From NCBI GenBank assembly GCA_951406725.2, contig OX597821.1, positions 30,876,001 to 30,940,000 of the forward strand: a stretch of DNA of 64,000 nt. Reading direction: 5' to 3'. Numbering within the stretch: the first letter of the stretch is position 1; every line of letters begins with the position of its first letter. Origin of the DNA: Octopus vulgaris. Its lineage: Eukaryota. A model generated the notes under the pieces. That model ran no database searches, was not told the DNA's origin, and saw nothing but the letters and a program-made list of their open reading frames with translations. Both the position numbers and the translations under genes were made by a program. Below, piece by piece: positions 38,080 to 52,020 of the stretch.

Positions 38080-38750
38080 AGGAAAACGACTCATATATAA
38101 TTATCAATGATAAGTGGCATTTATGTCTATGAACTGATCATGGGGGATCGTCACCGAACAATTGACGAACTTGTTGATATGACTGGTGTGTTTTGGAGCT
38201 ACTTCCAACGAATTTTCAGCGAGGAATTGTGAATGAAAAGAGTTGCAGCTAAATCTGTGCCTCACTGCTCACAGGAGCAGTCACAACTGAATGTGAGTCG
38301 TGAACTGAAATATCAGATAGAAGTTGACCCGAACCTTTTTCGAACGTCATCACTGGTTACAAAAGCTGTTTCTACGGCTAAAAACCGGAAACGAAACAGC
38401 AATGAAGTCAATGGGAGCATTCAATATCACAACGCCCTTCAAAAGTACATCAAAAGTACATCAAGTCCAATGTCAAAACGATGCTGATTTGTATCATCGA
38501 TGCGAAAGGAATTGTCGACAGAGTATTTTTTCCTCCTGGTCAAACTGATAACTAGACATTTTACTTAGCAGTTCTGAAGTGTTTGCAAGATATGGTGAGA
38601 CGAAAACGTGGAGAGTGCTGGTTTCTTCACGACAATGCAACTTCGCACACTGTCTTGTTAGCGAGACAGTTAATGACCAAAAATTGAATGCCCCCGTTTA
38701 CCCGATCTTGCTCCCTGCAACCGATTTTCGTTCCCCCGAATAAAAAGAGT
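38080..38750 (+). mobile_element. Decayed mariner transposase
   Basis: DRHRTIDELVDMTG, MKRVAAKSVPH, WFLHDNATSH, PDLAPC. Confidence 0.75.
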
Positions 38751-38766
38751 CTTTCAGTTAACTATG

Positions 38767-39520
38767 TATTGGGTTTTCCCATGCATAATGCGTGTTGTTT
38801 CAATTGCATGAACTAAATATCAGAGTGGGGACAGGATAAACTACTTGCATAAACTTATTATAAAAACGGTTAGTAATTTTACCTTGTACTTATTTTTAAG
38901 GCAAGTTTTGAAGTGTGCAGTTCGATTTCAAGTTATATTTTCGAAGCTGTAATTGAAGTGACAAAGGAACGTTTTCGGTATATTTCTATTTAAGAGTTCA
39001 ATAAAGGCAATAGCGCAGCAGAAAGTGCGGTGAATATTAATGCAGTATATGGGGATCCGACAATAAGCGTAAGCCAGTGTCAACGGTGATTCCAAAATTT
39101 CCGAGCCAGAAACTATAGTCTAAAAGAGGAGACTCGTCCTGGAAGATCTGCAGAACTCGACGGGTCATCGCTAGAAGAAAAAACAACAACTTTGGTTTCA
39201 AAACGTGAGGTATTTTTCTATCAGTATAATGCTCAGCCACATACAGTGAGGATGACATTCAAAAGGCTTGAGCAATCTGAATGGGAAACGATGTCCCACC
39301 CAACATATTCGCCGACATTACCCCATCTGATATCGTTAAATCCCACAATCTTCAAAATCATTTGGACGGAAAAGATACAATTTCTATAGACGAGGTCAGA
39401 ACAATACTGGACGAGTATTTTTCATCACGAACAAATGAATTTTGGAAGCGGGGCGTTGCGAGTCTACCAGATAGGTGGAAGAGCATTGTAGAAAATGAAG
39501 GAGAGTATATTTTAAATTAA
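38767..39520 (+). mobile_element. Internally deleted mariner (Mos1-like)
   Basis: N-terminal HTH (FNKGNSAAESAVNINAVYG...RPGR) joined to YNAQPH...HPTYSP...LPDRWKSIVENEGEYI. Confidence 0.8.
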
Positions 39521-40356
39521 TGTTTTAGCACGAGGCAGCAATATTTTGGGAGAGGCTTATTCGAATACATCGACTCCAGTACTCAACTGACACATATTTC
39601 ATCAACCCCTGAAAGGGTGGAGTGGTGGTAGGTGAGGGACACCGTATATACGCTCTATTGATGTCATTCACCCTCTTCTCCATCACACACATTTTGTCTT
39701 TACCGTTTTTGTTAGACGCTGTCAAACTCTCTCTCTCTCCCTCACACCCAGACAGGATATAAGAAATTGGTCCGTACACGCAACATGCAAGAAGATGAGA
39801 AGTTCTTGGTGCATTAGTTTTGGCATTAGTTTTCTAGGAACCAGTCACAATGCACCTCAGTTAAATAAGGCATAAATATCTTCATTTAGTATCCAAAAAT
39901 CCCGAAATGAACATAAAACGGCGTTTTGGAGAGGACCCGTATAAATTAACTTTCTATTTTAATTTGTATGGGTAACATAATAAACATCAATAACTTTTAA
40001 ATAATATGTCTGAGAAGTTTCTGTAGAAGTTTTTTTCTTTCTTTTGCTGCTCCATTTATGAGAGAACATGATATTAGAGGCCAATGATTCAGGTTATGTA
40101 TCGTAGTAATAAAACAATGATAGGTCTAAATGCTGTTTATCTTCGTATTCGTGTTTGCAGTGTAGTAGTTGTGATAATGATACAAAAGCGTTAGATGTTT
40201 TCTAAGTGGGTATGATATTGTCCAGTGCTCAGATAACATTTTGATGAAAAACCAACAGAAGACCTCCAATACTGCAGATATTTTTTTTTCTTATGAGAAT
40301 TGTGTAACCAAGTAATGAATGTTCTACAACATCTCATCAAACGTTGCAATTTCAAA

Positions 40357-40900
40357 TATTGGGTTGGCAAACTAAGTTACCGCCGTTTATTTTTAAATTT
40401 TGAAATTTATTGCCTTTTTAAATTTAGAAATATTTTTTTTCGACAATTCTATTTTTGAATCATTTTGGAATCTATTTTGTTATTTTTCTAGATAATCTTA
40501 GTTATTTTTTGTTTATTTCAGATCATTATGCCCCAGCATGGCCACAGCTCATAAGCTGAAAATAGAATCAATCAATCAATCATTAAATTAAGAAAAAAGA
40601 GCATTTTCGACAACTCCTTCATTTTGATTTTAATCAAGATTCTAAGGCCGCAGAATCTACTGGTGACATTTATGTTGTGTATGGAGAGGGTGCCATAGCT
40701 GAAAGAACCGCTCGTGATTGGCATTCTACGTTGAAAAATGGTAATATTGACCTCAAAGCCGCACCTCGTTCTGGCCGTCCAGTTGAGTTCGATGAAGAGC
40801 GATTATTCTCGTCAAACGACAAGGGAACTTGCAGATAAAATGAAATGCTCCCACACTGCTATAGAGAAGCATCTTCAGTCGACAGGAAAGCTTCAAGTGT
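40357..40900 (+). mobile_element. Mariner 5' fragment (TIR + HTH)
   Basis: tattgggttggcaaactaagt TIR-like start; EHFRQLL...VVYGEGAIAERTARDW...APRSGRPVEFDEE. Confidence 0.75.
40529..40578 (+). mobile_element. 50-bp LINE/SINE 3'-tail-only insertion with (AATC)n tail
   Basis: tgccccagcatggccacagctcataagctgaaa matches the SINE B and LINE tails; candidate TSD atcatta at 40522-40528 and 40579-40585. Confidence 0.7.
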
Positions 40901-40984
40901 AGCACCTATAAACGCTGATTTCGAAAATATTTAAATGTATTGTTGACCCTATGTATGCATGATACCCATAGATCTAATCTATTT

Positions 40985-42500
40985 TTAACTAGGTTGCTCT
41001 TTGTCCCTATACTTTAAAATTTTGTGAGTTTCCATAGAGCACAGCTCGCACCGGTATCGACTATCGCTATAAGGCTGTGCTTTCTTTATAATATCCCATT
41101 TACGGCTAAAGTCGATTCTGCTTTCCTTCAGTTCCCAAATATTGCTAGATAAAGACGTACAATTGGCCTTATGTTTGCGCTTAAAAGATGAACAATGGTT
41201 ATCCATGCTTTTCTAAATATTTATTGAACATCCTATATATCCAAATTTACCTGCTACAGTTGTGATTACGTTTTGGGTTAGACATCGGCCTAATAAAGGG
41301 CAATGGGATTTAACCATACAATTGCAAGAAGGAGAATTACAACTATTAATATTATTGATATCCATCCTATTTTTATTATTAATATTACTATTAATATTAA
41401 TCCTACTATTACAATTGTATGTGTTATTTTCATATCCGGTATTATCTCTCCATCCTTCAATTGCATTATCATTCACATTCATCTCAGCATCATCAGGCAT
41501 ATCAGCAGTCCCTGTGCTAGTATGGATCTCAGAGCTATAGTCCATATTGTATATATTAGAAGCATTAGTACAAGTTGTTTCTATTTTCTACATCATTATT
41601 AATATTATTATTCACAGTATTGGGTTTAAGTTAGTATTGACATTAACATTGTTATTTTTACTACCTCGTGTTAATTTAAATTCTTTCTATTTAACTTTGC
41701 TATGATGGTACCCATATTGGGGAGAGTAGAGTATGAGATTCAAACTTATGGGGAAAAAACTCCCTTATATCTATGGAAAACAGGTAGGGTTATTTCTAAA
41801 ATTGTCATAAATGTCCTATATATGTTTATGGATATGGCTTAGTTGAACGGAACGTTATAACAGATGAAGTCCTTTGCAGACATATGGCGCATTTAAGGGC
41901 GGAATCTACCTGTTCTCTCAACGTCTTTCAAAATCGTGGCTTGATTATTAGGTATGTTTCTATTGCCAGTATTTTTTTATCCTTATAGAGTAGAGCAACC
42001 TGTCCATTTACTTCACTACCCATATTATCTAAACTAAAATTCCTACTTGTTATAGTATCTAATTTTCTGTTGTTGCTTATTTTGAAAAGTTATATTGATA
42101 GGTTTGCTGGACGCATTTCTAGTTCGTTAGTTTTCCCAACCAAGTAGGTTTGTAATCCCTCTATCACTTAAAATCTCTCTACTTTCACTATAACTAGGTG
42201 CTATATTTTCAGGACCAAGTAAACTAATTTCTTTGACGTATACTGCCTTAGACAAAGCAAAGTTGTAATGGTGGAAATTGAATATATCCGTATTGAATAT
42301 ATCTTTATTCGCTGATAACTTCGTAATTCTCTTAGAAATTCTTTTAACCACTGATTGTAACACATGGAGGTGGGTGATTTGATAATTTGTTCACGCATCT
42401 CATAACTTCACCTGGTTTCCTATAGGAGTGGTATAATTCCCAGATAATGTCTAATGTAGTGTCTCAGAAATTTACCACTTTTGTGCCATATTCAAACATA
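40985..42500 (-). mobile_element. Decayed Penelope-like element (thumb, linker, GIY-YIG; Nematis-like, tentative)
   Basis: RKPGEV...SNHPP, RITKLSANKDIFN..YNFAL, SYSTLPNMGTII, CNCMVKSHCPLLGRCLTQNVI..GYIG, NHCSSF..TSLSSNIWELK..WDIIKKAQPY..CELCSME. Confidence 0.85.
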
Positions 42501-42551
42501 ATACATAAGTTGAAGGTTTAAACAAATTTTCTAATTCTCTTCCTCACTCCT

Positions 42552-42600
<49 letters not shown>

Positions 42601-42799
42601 TCACGCATACACACACACACACGCATACATACATATATATATACATCAGTAAGTAATTATACACGCACATATATATGCATATGAATGCATATATATAAAT
42701 ATTATAAATATATATACGCATTCACATATCTATATATGTGTGTATAATTATATACATTGAGAGATAGGGATATAGATATATACACATATATAATATATA

Positions 42800-42916
<117 letters not shown>

Positions 42917-44129
42917 TATAAATATATATATAGATAGATAAAGAAAATTTATAACAGAGGATCGCTAAAGATAGAAGTACTACAATCTTTAAAAAAGTCG
43001 AAATCTTGAAATATATATGTTCTTCCTTATATAGAATTGAAAACAACTTATATGATTTCAGTTGAACTGTACCTGAGATGCTATTGTCAGAACCAATATT
43101 TTTTTTTCCAAAATTGAATGTTTTTGTAGTAGTTAATATATACATATTGTTATTTATTGTTTTTCGCGTTCTTATCTATTTTTAACAATACTTTTGAATA
43201 ACACCAATGCGAAGGCATTGAATATAGACCCATACACGCAGAAATACTGTTTACGTGGAAGCTAAGCCTATTCATAAAATATCTATCTAAATAATTTGCA
43301 ATGTAACAGATTTCAAATGGCGGAAAAGAAATATTTTAAAAATAAAAACAGATGGAAAATAAAAAATAAAAAAACGAAAGAACCAAAATGAAGAAAACAG
43401 AGATCTGCACAAGACGAAAATATTATTTTTTGAAATGAAACTCTGCTACAGAAATTTATTACTTTTTCTTCTATTTTATGTTTAATATGCACATATTAAA
43501 CATATAAAATAGGAAACTGAGTTGGAAAATATAGGTAAACAACACGGAGAGAAATCTATATTCACAAGCATAGACTTTACTGCTGCTAACAGCGGAGGAA
43601 TAACAAAAAAAATATTCGGCAGTATTTTTTAAAATTATTATGAATCGAAGACCTAAAAATTCCACACGAGTTATAATGAGAAATAAACTGAATTTACGTT
43701 AATAATAATGGGTTGTTTAGCCATGAAATGATGAATTTGATCTATTTCAAAGGAATGCGCAAACTTTTTTGTTACTAGATATAGAATTTAATAGACATGA
43801 AAATAATGCAATTATGTAAAATATAATTTCTTCTAAAAAAACACCATCCACATCCGTTCAATAAGAGAAACACACAACTCCAATTCCCTCTTCGAAAAGT
43901 AAGTGCATTCTGGTTATTATAGTTCAAAACTTACAACCGTTCGAATTTGTCAGATTGCGTCATACATTAAACATGTTTTCTCTTTGAATCTTAGAAAAGT
44001 ACAACCTGTGACTAATGATATGTCCGTCAAAAACGCCATACAACAGTGATTTCCAATGTTATTTCTGAACTAATATTAATGTCGTCTTGTCCAATGTTCC
44101 TCATGAAATAACTAAATAGCTGTTTATAT

Positions 44130-44202
<73 letters not shown>

Positions 44203-46057
44203 TATACATGTCCCTCCTAGCGTGAGACATTTATGTATTGTAATGCCCTTAATATAAATAAATATATTTAAAGGGAATAATTAATTAATTTTTCCCTTAT
44301 GAGGTTTTTCACACTACTTGATAAATTCTTATAAAGATTTTATCCTATTTATATATATATATATATATATGTATGTATACATCATTCGTGCGTGCGTATG
44401 TATGTGTGTGTATGTGTATATATATCATTATTATTTGTGTTTGAACCCAGCGCAGATCTTTCTGATCAACACGTCCATCTATTCGGCTCCACATGAGGAG
44501 GCTGAAATGAAAAATGATATGACCATGTACGTTGCGTCGCTCATAATATTGCTATTTGTGTTAGTCCTATTTTTTGGTGTACATCACACTGCAAATTCGT
44601 CAGCAACAGCACCAATAAATATTGGTTTTGTATTGTCGTAGCTTTATATACTCTACCGATGTTGCAGTTGTCTTTGAAGCTGCACTCATGACAGTAATCA
44701 TGTCGCCGGGCATTTTACTTCACCGAATGGATCAACATTCATCGACATGCTTCTTGAAAAATGTAGCATCTAGCTTTTGTTCCTGCTACATAAAAAGAGC
44801 ATCGACTTACACCTCCAAATGAAATGTTACCGTTATTAGAATTTAAACATGTCTTTCTTGAAGTGTCTTTCGGTGTGAGGAAGCCATCACTGATTAAAGT
44901 TTAGTTGCTGTGACCTTTGCTGATACTGGAAATGTTATTGATCCAACAGATAAATTTACAGATAGATAACGTTTGAACTTACCACAGAAGTGATAATATT
45001 CGGTCAACATACCCCAACCAGTAACACGCACTTCATATGGTAAACGCAAGCATAGAAAACGATAAGAACGGTTTGTTTAGCACAGACGTATCCCGAACTT
45101 CCTAATAGACCGAGGTGTTCTAGTTGTATTGTAAATACGTAAAGACTGTTGGCAATTTTTCATGGCCCGGATAAAATGTCTTGTTAACACCATGTTGTAT
45201 ATATAACTTCAGTTGCTTTGGGTAAGTTTAGGTTCATTGTAACATATACTCTATAAAATAGTATCCAGTTACGATGCTTCATCGACTAATTACTCAACCA
45301 TCTGCTAACATTCACAGAGTGAGAAGCTCAGCCATCCGTTGATGTAACATCTAAAGGAAAAATAAAATCTAAAGTATATAGAATAAGATGTTGGATAAAT
45401 ACTCCCTCACTCTATTAATATCTACCCTTCTACTCTACTTAATATCATTACATAAATTATATATGTGTGAAAGAATATAGAGTTTAGAATGAAATGAGGA
45501 AATAATAAAAAATAATCACCTATAAGAAATATTGATTACACCTCAGCCTAGGTACATCAGATCGAGAGCAAAACAGAATTTTGTAAGTGAGAATATTAAG
45601 GATATAATTCTGAGAAAGTGTATAATAATCAGGGAAAACTAAAAGTGTATAATACGCTTCTCAGCAAAAAAAGATCCTGATAGATGGTGATACTGACAAC
45701 AAAGGAATTTTATTGGGAAGATATGCATCAGTTGTAGGAGTATGAAATGATCTATCGAGTTATTAGAGGAGTATACATATCAACATGAAAATGGAAAAAC
45801 ATATTTATAGTAATATAAAAAAATAAATACTGTGATGCAGAATTCGTAAACTGCAAAATAAAAAAATGTTTACAAATAGAAATAAGTCAGTAAAATCGTA
45901 TTGTAATGATTTTTCTGACTCGATATGAATATATAAGTTTCAGAAGCACATATTTTTGGCCTCCATGCAAAAGTCAAATATCAAAAAGCCGACAAACTCG
46001 TTTAAATAATGCATAAACTAATCTTTACACAAAACTTGTTCAATGAATAGCAATATA

Positions 46058-47277
46058 CAGGGTGCGTAAATTATTTGAGAGCATACATTTTTGGGGTCAT
46101 TGCTGCATATTTTGCTAACTCTCTATAATCTTGTTTCAGAATATAATAATGACAGACTCTCAGATTACTCAAGAAATGAAGAGGCATGCTGTTATTGCGG
46201 TTATAAAGGCAGAGTATACCGATCAAAAAACATCTCAATTTTTAAAAGTTGCCAGATTTTCGTCTACAACGTGTGTAATGAGCTAGAGACTGACGATGGA
46301 AACGTATCACCATTATCAAAGCATAGAAGGCATTCTAAACATTATGAAATACTAAGAACACCTGAATTTATTCGGTGAGCTCATCAAAACGTTGATTACA
46401 ATCCCAGAGTGTTCCTGAGGTCAATTGTAAAATATCTCCATGTGTCAGAACGAACAGTAACAAATACTGCCCGCGAATTCATCAAATATATGTCATATAG
46501 GATGAAGAAAGGTCAATTTGTCAGAAAAAAACAAAAGAAAATCACTGCATCAGATCTAGAAGGCTCTTAAACAAACTGAAAAATCCAGCAGAAGATTTGA
46601 TTCGGTTTTCCTCAAACGAGAACTTCGACCAAGATCAAAAAGTTAAAAAAAGAAGTTCCAAGTGTTATGCATACACAATTTCCTACAACTCTTATGGTTT
46701 TAGGGGTTGTCAGCAATGAAGGACATGTGATGAGTACTTCTTTTCACAAGGCCTTACGGTTAACTCTACTGTCTACATTGATGTACTGGGAATAATTGTT
46801 AAGCCCTGGATAGACATTGTATGCGATGGAAGGTCATATGTGACTCAGTAAGATCTGCATTATCAACCATAGTTCTAGTAACACAGGAGTAGGTGGCGGA
46901 AAATTTTGATGATTAGATAACTCCTAACATTTGACCTCCTAATTCCCCAGATTTCAATTCATTGGACATATGGAGCCTTGTTGAGAAAGAGGTCAATGAA
47001 CACCCCCGTAAAAACAAATATTCTTAGAAAGCTGCCATAGTCAAAGTAATGACCAAAATGAATCAGGACAACTTGATTCGAGCATGAAGAGGATTTAGAT
47101 CTCGCATAGAAGTAGTTCTTGAAGCTGAAGGTGGCTTTATTGAATAACAGTATAGAAAACAACGTTTATTTTTTCTTATCCTCATAGCATTCTTTGATAA
47201 AATAAGTCATTATCTGTTATCACATATCTGCTTTCTTTTATAAACATAAATCTGTCCTCAAATATCTTAGCACTCTA
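46058..47277 (+). mobile_element. Decayed Tc1/mariner-superfamily element (maT/DD37D-like)
   Basis: Degenerate TIRs cagggtgcgtaaattatttgag / ctcaaatatcttagcactcta; MVLGVVSNEGHVM, YIDVLGIIVKPWI, PPNSPDFN, FRSRIEVVLEAEGGFIE. Confidence 0.8.
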
Positions 47278-48043
47278 TATATATAGTGAGAGGCGTGCGC
47301 GCGTCTTTGTTCAAGCTTCTTTAGATTTGTATAATTTATGGATCTCACACACTTATGATATAAACTGCAATGCAATGTTGATTTGAAATTTCATCAATAT
47401 AACATGCCACAAGAGTTATTTTGTCCGTTGACTATGTTGAAGTCTATACTACACGCAGCATGTCAGCGTCCATACTTTTCCCGTTAACTAGTAATTATTT
47501 ATTTCCCATCTAAAGATAGGGTCTCACAGACACCCACGCACATCCACATATAATATCAATATATTATATGAATATAATATGGCAATATATTCAAATATAA
47601 GTATGTGCACTGGCCCGTTTGCGCTTATACATTATACATGTGTGAGTGTGTGTTTGCGTGTGTATGTGCGTGTATATGTATGTATGCATATATGTAACAT
47701 GCTTCTCAATACTTATTTTACATCGTAAAAAAACTGATCAGATAATTCGAAAAATAAGGAAATGAAGAAATCAGAAGAATAGAAACAATATGAATTTGAA
47801 CACGAAAGAAATTCCTGGTCTTCGGCAGGTCATTTATTTTTTATTCAAATTTTCCCGAACCTTCATTTACGCATGTTTCTACAAGAATACACCAAAGTGT
47901 CCCTTTCAATGAAATCCATGAAATATGTAACACGCTCACGAAATTCCGTTTCTTTGAATTATTCGTATTCTTTAAGTTTGGAAGGAATGTCATGTCTGCA
48001 CGAACACACACACACATACACACACACACAAATATAAATATAA

Positions 48044-48098
<55 letters not shown>

Positions 48099-48621
48099 TT
48101 TATGTACGTATGCATATGTTTATGTATACTTCTTTTTATACATGCGTTTATATATGTGTCTGCTTGTGCATATACGATTGTATAGTTGTGTGTGTATGTG
48201 CGTATATTCATAAGTGTTAACGGATATATCATGCTTATACACATGTGTTTTAACATGCATATATATTATATATGTGCACAGGCCCGTTCGCATTTATACA
48301 TTTATACAGATATTCATAACTATGTATACACACACAAACGTATAAATGCATAAATGCACCTAAAGAATGATGTGAGTCAGCAATATTTCTAAAATTGTGT
48401 GTATGTGTGTATCTTCATTTATCAAAGTGCTATCTGAGTTGTTTATAACACCATTGGTTTCACAATAATAATTTGTATATCACAGCAGTTACTATGTCTA
48501 CAGAAGAAGAATTAATCTGTAATACTGAATGTAAAAAAAAAATGGAGATTTTATTCTGTAATGCTAGCAGTAAAAAATGGAAAAGATAGCTTCTCCTCCT
48601 CTACATATGCTCCCTCTCCTT

Positions 48622-48622
<1 letters not shown>

Positions 48623-48659
<37 letters not shown>

Positions 48660-48709
48660 GAACATCATCATCATCATCATCATCATCGCCATCGTCATTG
48701 TCGTCGTCG

Positions 48710-48745
<36 letters not shown>

Positions 48746-48793
48746 CTGTCGTTATCATCATCGTTATCATCAGCATCGTTATCATCATCGTCG

Positions 48794-48827
<34 letters not shown>

Positions 48828-48901
48828 CATCATCATCATCATCCTCATCATCATTATCGTTATCATCATCATCGTTATCATCAGCATCGTTATCATCATC
48901 G

Positions 48902-48953
<52 letters not shown>

Positions 48954-48960
48954 TATTATT
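48623..48960. repeat. Long compound (CAT)n microsatellite with duplicated interruptions
   Basis: Direct read; cgttatcatcagcatcgttatcatcatcgtc occurs twice. Confidence 0.95.
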
Positions 48961-48964
48961 GATT

Positions 48965-49175
48965 AAGGTGTTGAGCTGGCCGAATCGTTAGCATGCTGGA
49001 CAAAATGTTTAGCGGCAATTTGTCCTTCCTTATAGACTGAGCTTAAATTCCTTTTACCTTTCCCCTCTTTGGAGTCGGTGAAATAAGTACCAGTTGCACA
49101 CTGGAGCCAATATAATCACCTATAACCTTCCCCCAAATTTCAGGTCTTGTACCTATAGCAGAAAGGATTATTATT
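48965..49175 (+). mobile_element. SINE family A copy
   Basis: aaggtgttgagctggccgaatcgttagc head, aaataagtaccagttg core, gaaaggattattatt tail. Confidence 0.8.
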
Positions 49176-49259
49176 TTATATGCTCACAAGAGATTAGATA
49201 GTTGGGAAAGAAAATTTTCTAAAATCAGAATCTAATAAGTATATAAATGTAGGACTACA

Positions 49260-50880
49260 ATAAATGCCAAGAACCTTTCTATGTATCCCAGCTGTCTGTA
49301 ATAACACTGTTTTCTGGAGCTGCAGTAAACGAGGTTCTATGCCTATTTCCGTTATCCATCTGTTCAACTCTAGAGGCAGAGTTCCTAATGCACCTTTAGC
49401 TACATTTTAGTCGCATTTTCTATTGTCTCTGAAAATCAGTGGCTAAGTACTGTTACTTTGCTATTTTCTATTTACCTTTCATATTGACTGTCTCATCATT
49501 TGGGACTGTAGGTCAGTTACTTGGCACTTTCTATTCTGTTTGTCTACTACCAGTAAATCAGGCCTTCTATCTTCTATTACGTTGTCTGAATATTAAAAAT
49601 TCACATCTTATATTTCTTATATTCTAGCACTTTCCTAGGCTCATGTTTAAGCACTATCTCAGTAAGATCAAATTGTAGCTTTCATCATACCTCTCAAGAC
49701 GTTGACATATCTTTTCTGGTATAATTTCGGTGCCAGAATGCTACATTCACTTTCATCTTTTGTTTTATTTAACCTACAATGGGAATCTAACTATTTATAG
49801 ATTTATCCAATTAGCCCTGAACGATTGGTCTTGTGCTGATACTAGCAGACGTTCTGTCTCCATTTTTAGCCTTACTTCTGCAAGCATAACAAACACTCGC
49901 TATTACTATTTCCTGCAACTATCTTTGAGAATTTACCATGCAAAGTCTTCTGTGCCCGTCAGATAATTATTCTTCATTTTTCGTTTTTTTTTTATTTTCA
50001 TTTGACTGCATGGCTCCCCATGACATACGGTTATTCTAGCAATTGCTAAAACTTTTCGTCAGTATTATCTTCTACTAATATTAGCCCACTACCACCAGTG
50101 AAGGCGCATGGCTCAGTAGTTAGAGCGTCGAGCTTACGCTCGTGAGGTTGTGAGCTCGAATCCCGGACCCGGCAGCGTGTTGTGTTCTTGAGCAAGACAC
50201 ATTATTCCACATTGCTCCAGTTCACTCAGCTGTAGAAATGAGTTGCGACGTCACGGGTGCCAAGCTGTATCGGCCCTTGCCTTTCCCTTGGATAACACTG
50301 GTGGCGTGGAGAGGGGAGGCCGGTATGTATGGGCGACTGCTGGTCTTCCATAAACCACCTTGCCTAAACTTGTGACTAGGAGAGTAACTTTCTAGGTGCA
50401 ATCCCATGGTCAGTGTCGTGACCGAAGGGGGTCCCGACCCGACCCGACCCGACCACCTTCCTTTATAGGTAGGTATAATCGTGCAACTCCTGTTCTCGGG
50501 CGAAGTATTCCATTCATATTGAATTCCTTCCTTGTACTTCTCTAATGTATAAAAGCTATTGAATATCTAAGTAACGATTCCACCCCAGTATTCACAGCTT
50601 TCACTAGATTCGAATCGTTTAGCTTTGACTTCATTGGCTTCCTCACACGTCTGATATACACTTTCTCAACTTTCGTTTTCATTTCCACAATTAGTACTCT
50701 TTCAGATTGTAATAGCCCTGGATACTTATATGTCTCTCATTCATTCAGTGATTTTAATGTTTGACCATCTGGCAATAGGAAGCTTTCATTGATGACTACC
50801 TGTCTCGGTTTTATGGCTAATATTGAGCTATTATCTATGCCAAATTCTATACCTGTATATTTTATGGTGAGTCTAACAGT
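49260..50880 (-). mobile_element. Highly decayed R4/Dong-type RT + RLE fragment
   Basis: GIEFGID, YKYPGLLQ, KHEPRKVLE, IEDRRPDLLVVDKQNRKCQVTD, GALGT, LQKTVLLQTAGIHRKVL. Confidence 0.75.
50098..50455 (+). mobile_element. tRNA-derived SINE with (CCCGA)n tail, nested in the Dong relic
   Basis: A-box tggctcagtagttag, B-box gagctcgaatccc, body ttgagcaagacac...ctcagctgtagaaatgag. Confidence 0.85.
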
Positions 50881-51265
50881 TTGTATTATGGAACACACAT
50901 ACTTAAACAGACACAAACGATAGCCTCACACATATTCACACGTCCATACGCACACACATACAAATACATGAAACGCACATTACTCATACATCGAATAAAC
51001 TACTTTACTTGTACATATACAAACAGGCCCATACGTTTGCGCAAATACATTATAACCCACACATAACTACAGACGGCAGTACGTACACACACACACACAC
51101 ACACACACAACATACAACAGTACATATCTCCACATAATGTATGCACTAGTTTACTTAGACAGCGTAGGCACGACGCGTTAAAGACTGTTCTATTCTTCCC
51201 GAGCGTACAGCAAATACGCCTGCTTGTTATTCCTTCGTCTTTTGCTTTCTGTAAATTTGAACCGT

Positions 51266-51354
<89 letters not shown>

Positions 51355-51607
51355 GGTTTGTGTGTGTGTAAATGCATATAATGGAAATATATATGCAAAT
51401 ATATATCTACACGCACAACGTTTGTCTGTACACACGTGTATTTATGTGGTCCTTGTGTGACCGTGACTGGATATATGTGCATACACAAACAAATATACCT
51501 ACATGCATGAATGAGAGTGTGCACATAAAGATGCACATAAAAACACTTGTGTATTTGCAAGATTATTTATATATATATATATATATATATTTCTATTTTA
51601 TGGAAGG

Positions 51608-51658
51608 AGCTTCTACAGGACTAGAACTGTTTCATTCAAAAGAAATCATCAGGAAGCT
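51608..51658 (-). ncRNA. Type I hammerhead ribozyme motif (family 2)
   Basis: Reverse complement of 51970-52020. Confidence 0.8.
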
Positions 51659-51969
51659 AGGTGACAAGAGTAGTTTTGGCATTTATACATTTAGGCAGGT
51701 TTAAAGGGGTGGTGGGGGGACTTTTTGGGGGTAGGCATGGCGCAAACTATCATTCTTAGGGGAGTGGTCAAAGGAATCGGTGGTAAAGTAGATAAAAGAA
51801 TAAATAAAAGAATAAAAGAATAAATAGAAAAATAGAGTTTTAGGTAAATAAGGAGACTCTCACTTATACATATACATATATATATACACACACATATACA
51901 AAAAGTCCCCCACCACCACCCCTTTAAACCTGCCTAAATGTATAAATGCCAAAACTACTCTTGTCACCT

Positions 51970-52020
51970 AGCTTCCTGATGATTTCTTTTGAATGAAACA
52001 GTTCTAGTCCTGTAGAAGCT
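51970..52020 (+). ncRNA. Type I hammerhead ribozyme motif (family 2)
   Basis: Stem I agcttc/gaagct, CTGATGA, stem II ttc/gaa, GAAA, stem III acag/ctgt with loop ttctagtc, GUA triplet. Confidence 0.8.

Noticed and set aside
48561-48991. PolyHis, polyMet, polySer and polyIle ORFs
   Set aside because: All frames are open only because (CAT)n lacks stops.
50098-50170. tRNA-like sequences here and at 10761, 26107, 55885 and 62848
   Set aside because: They are SINE heads continuing into repeat bodies; I could not build intact cloverleaves.
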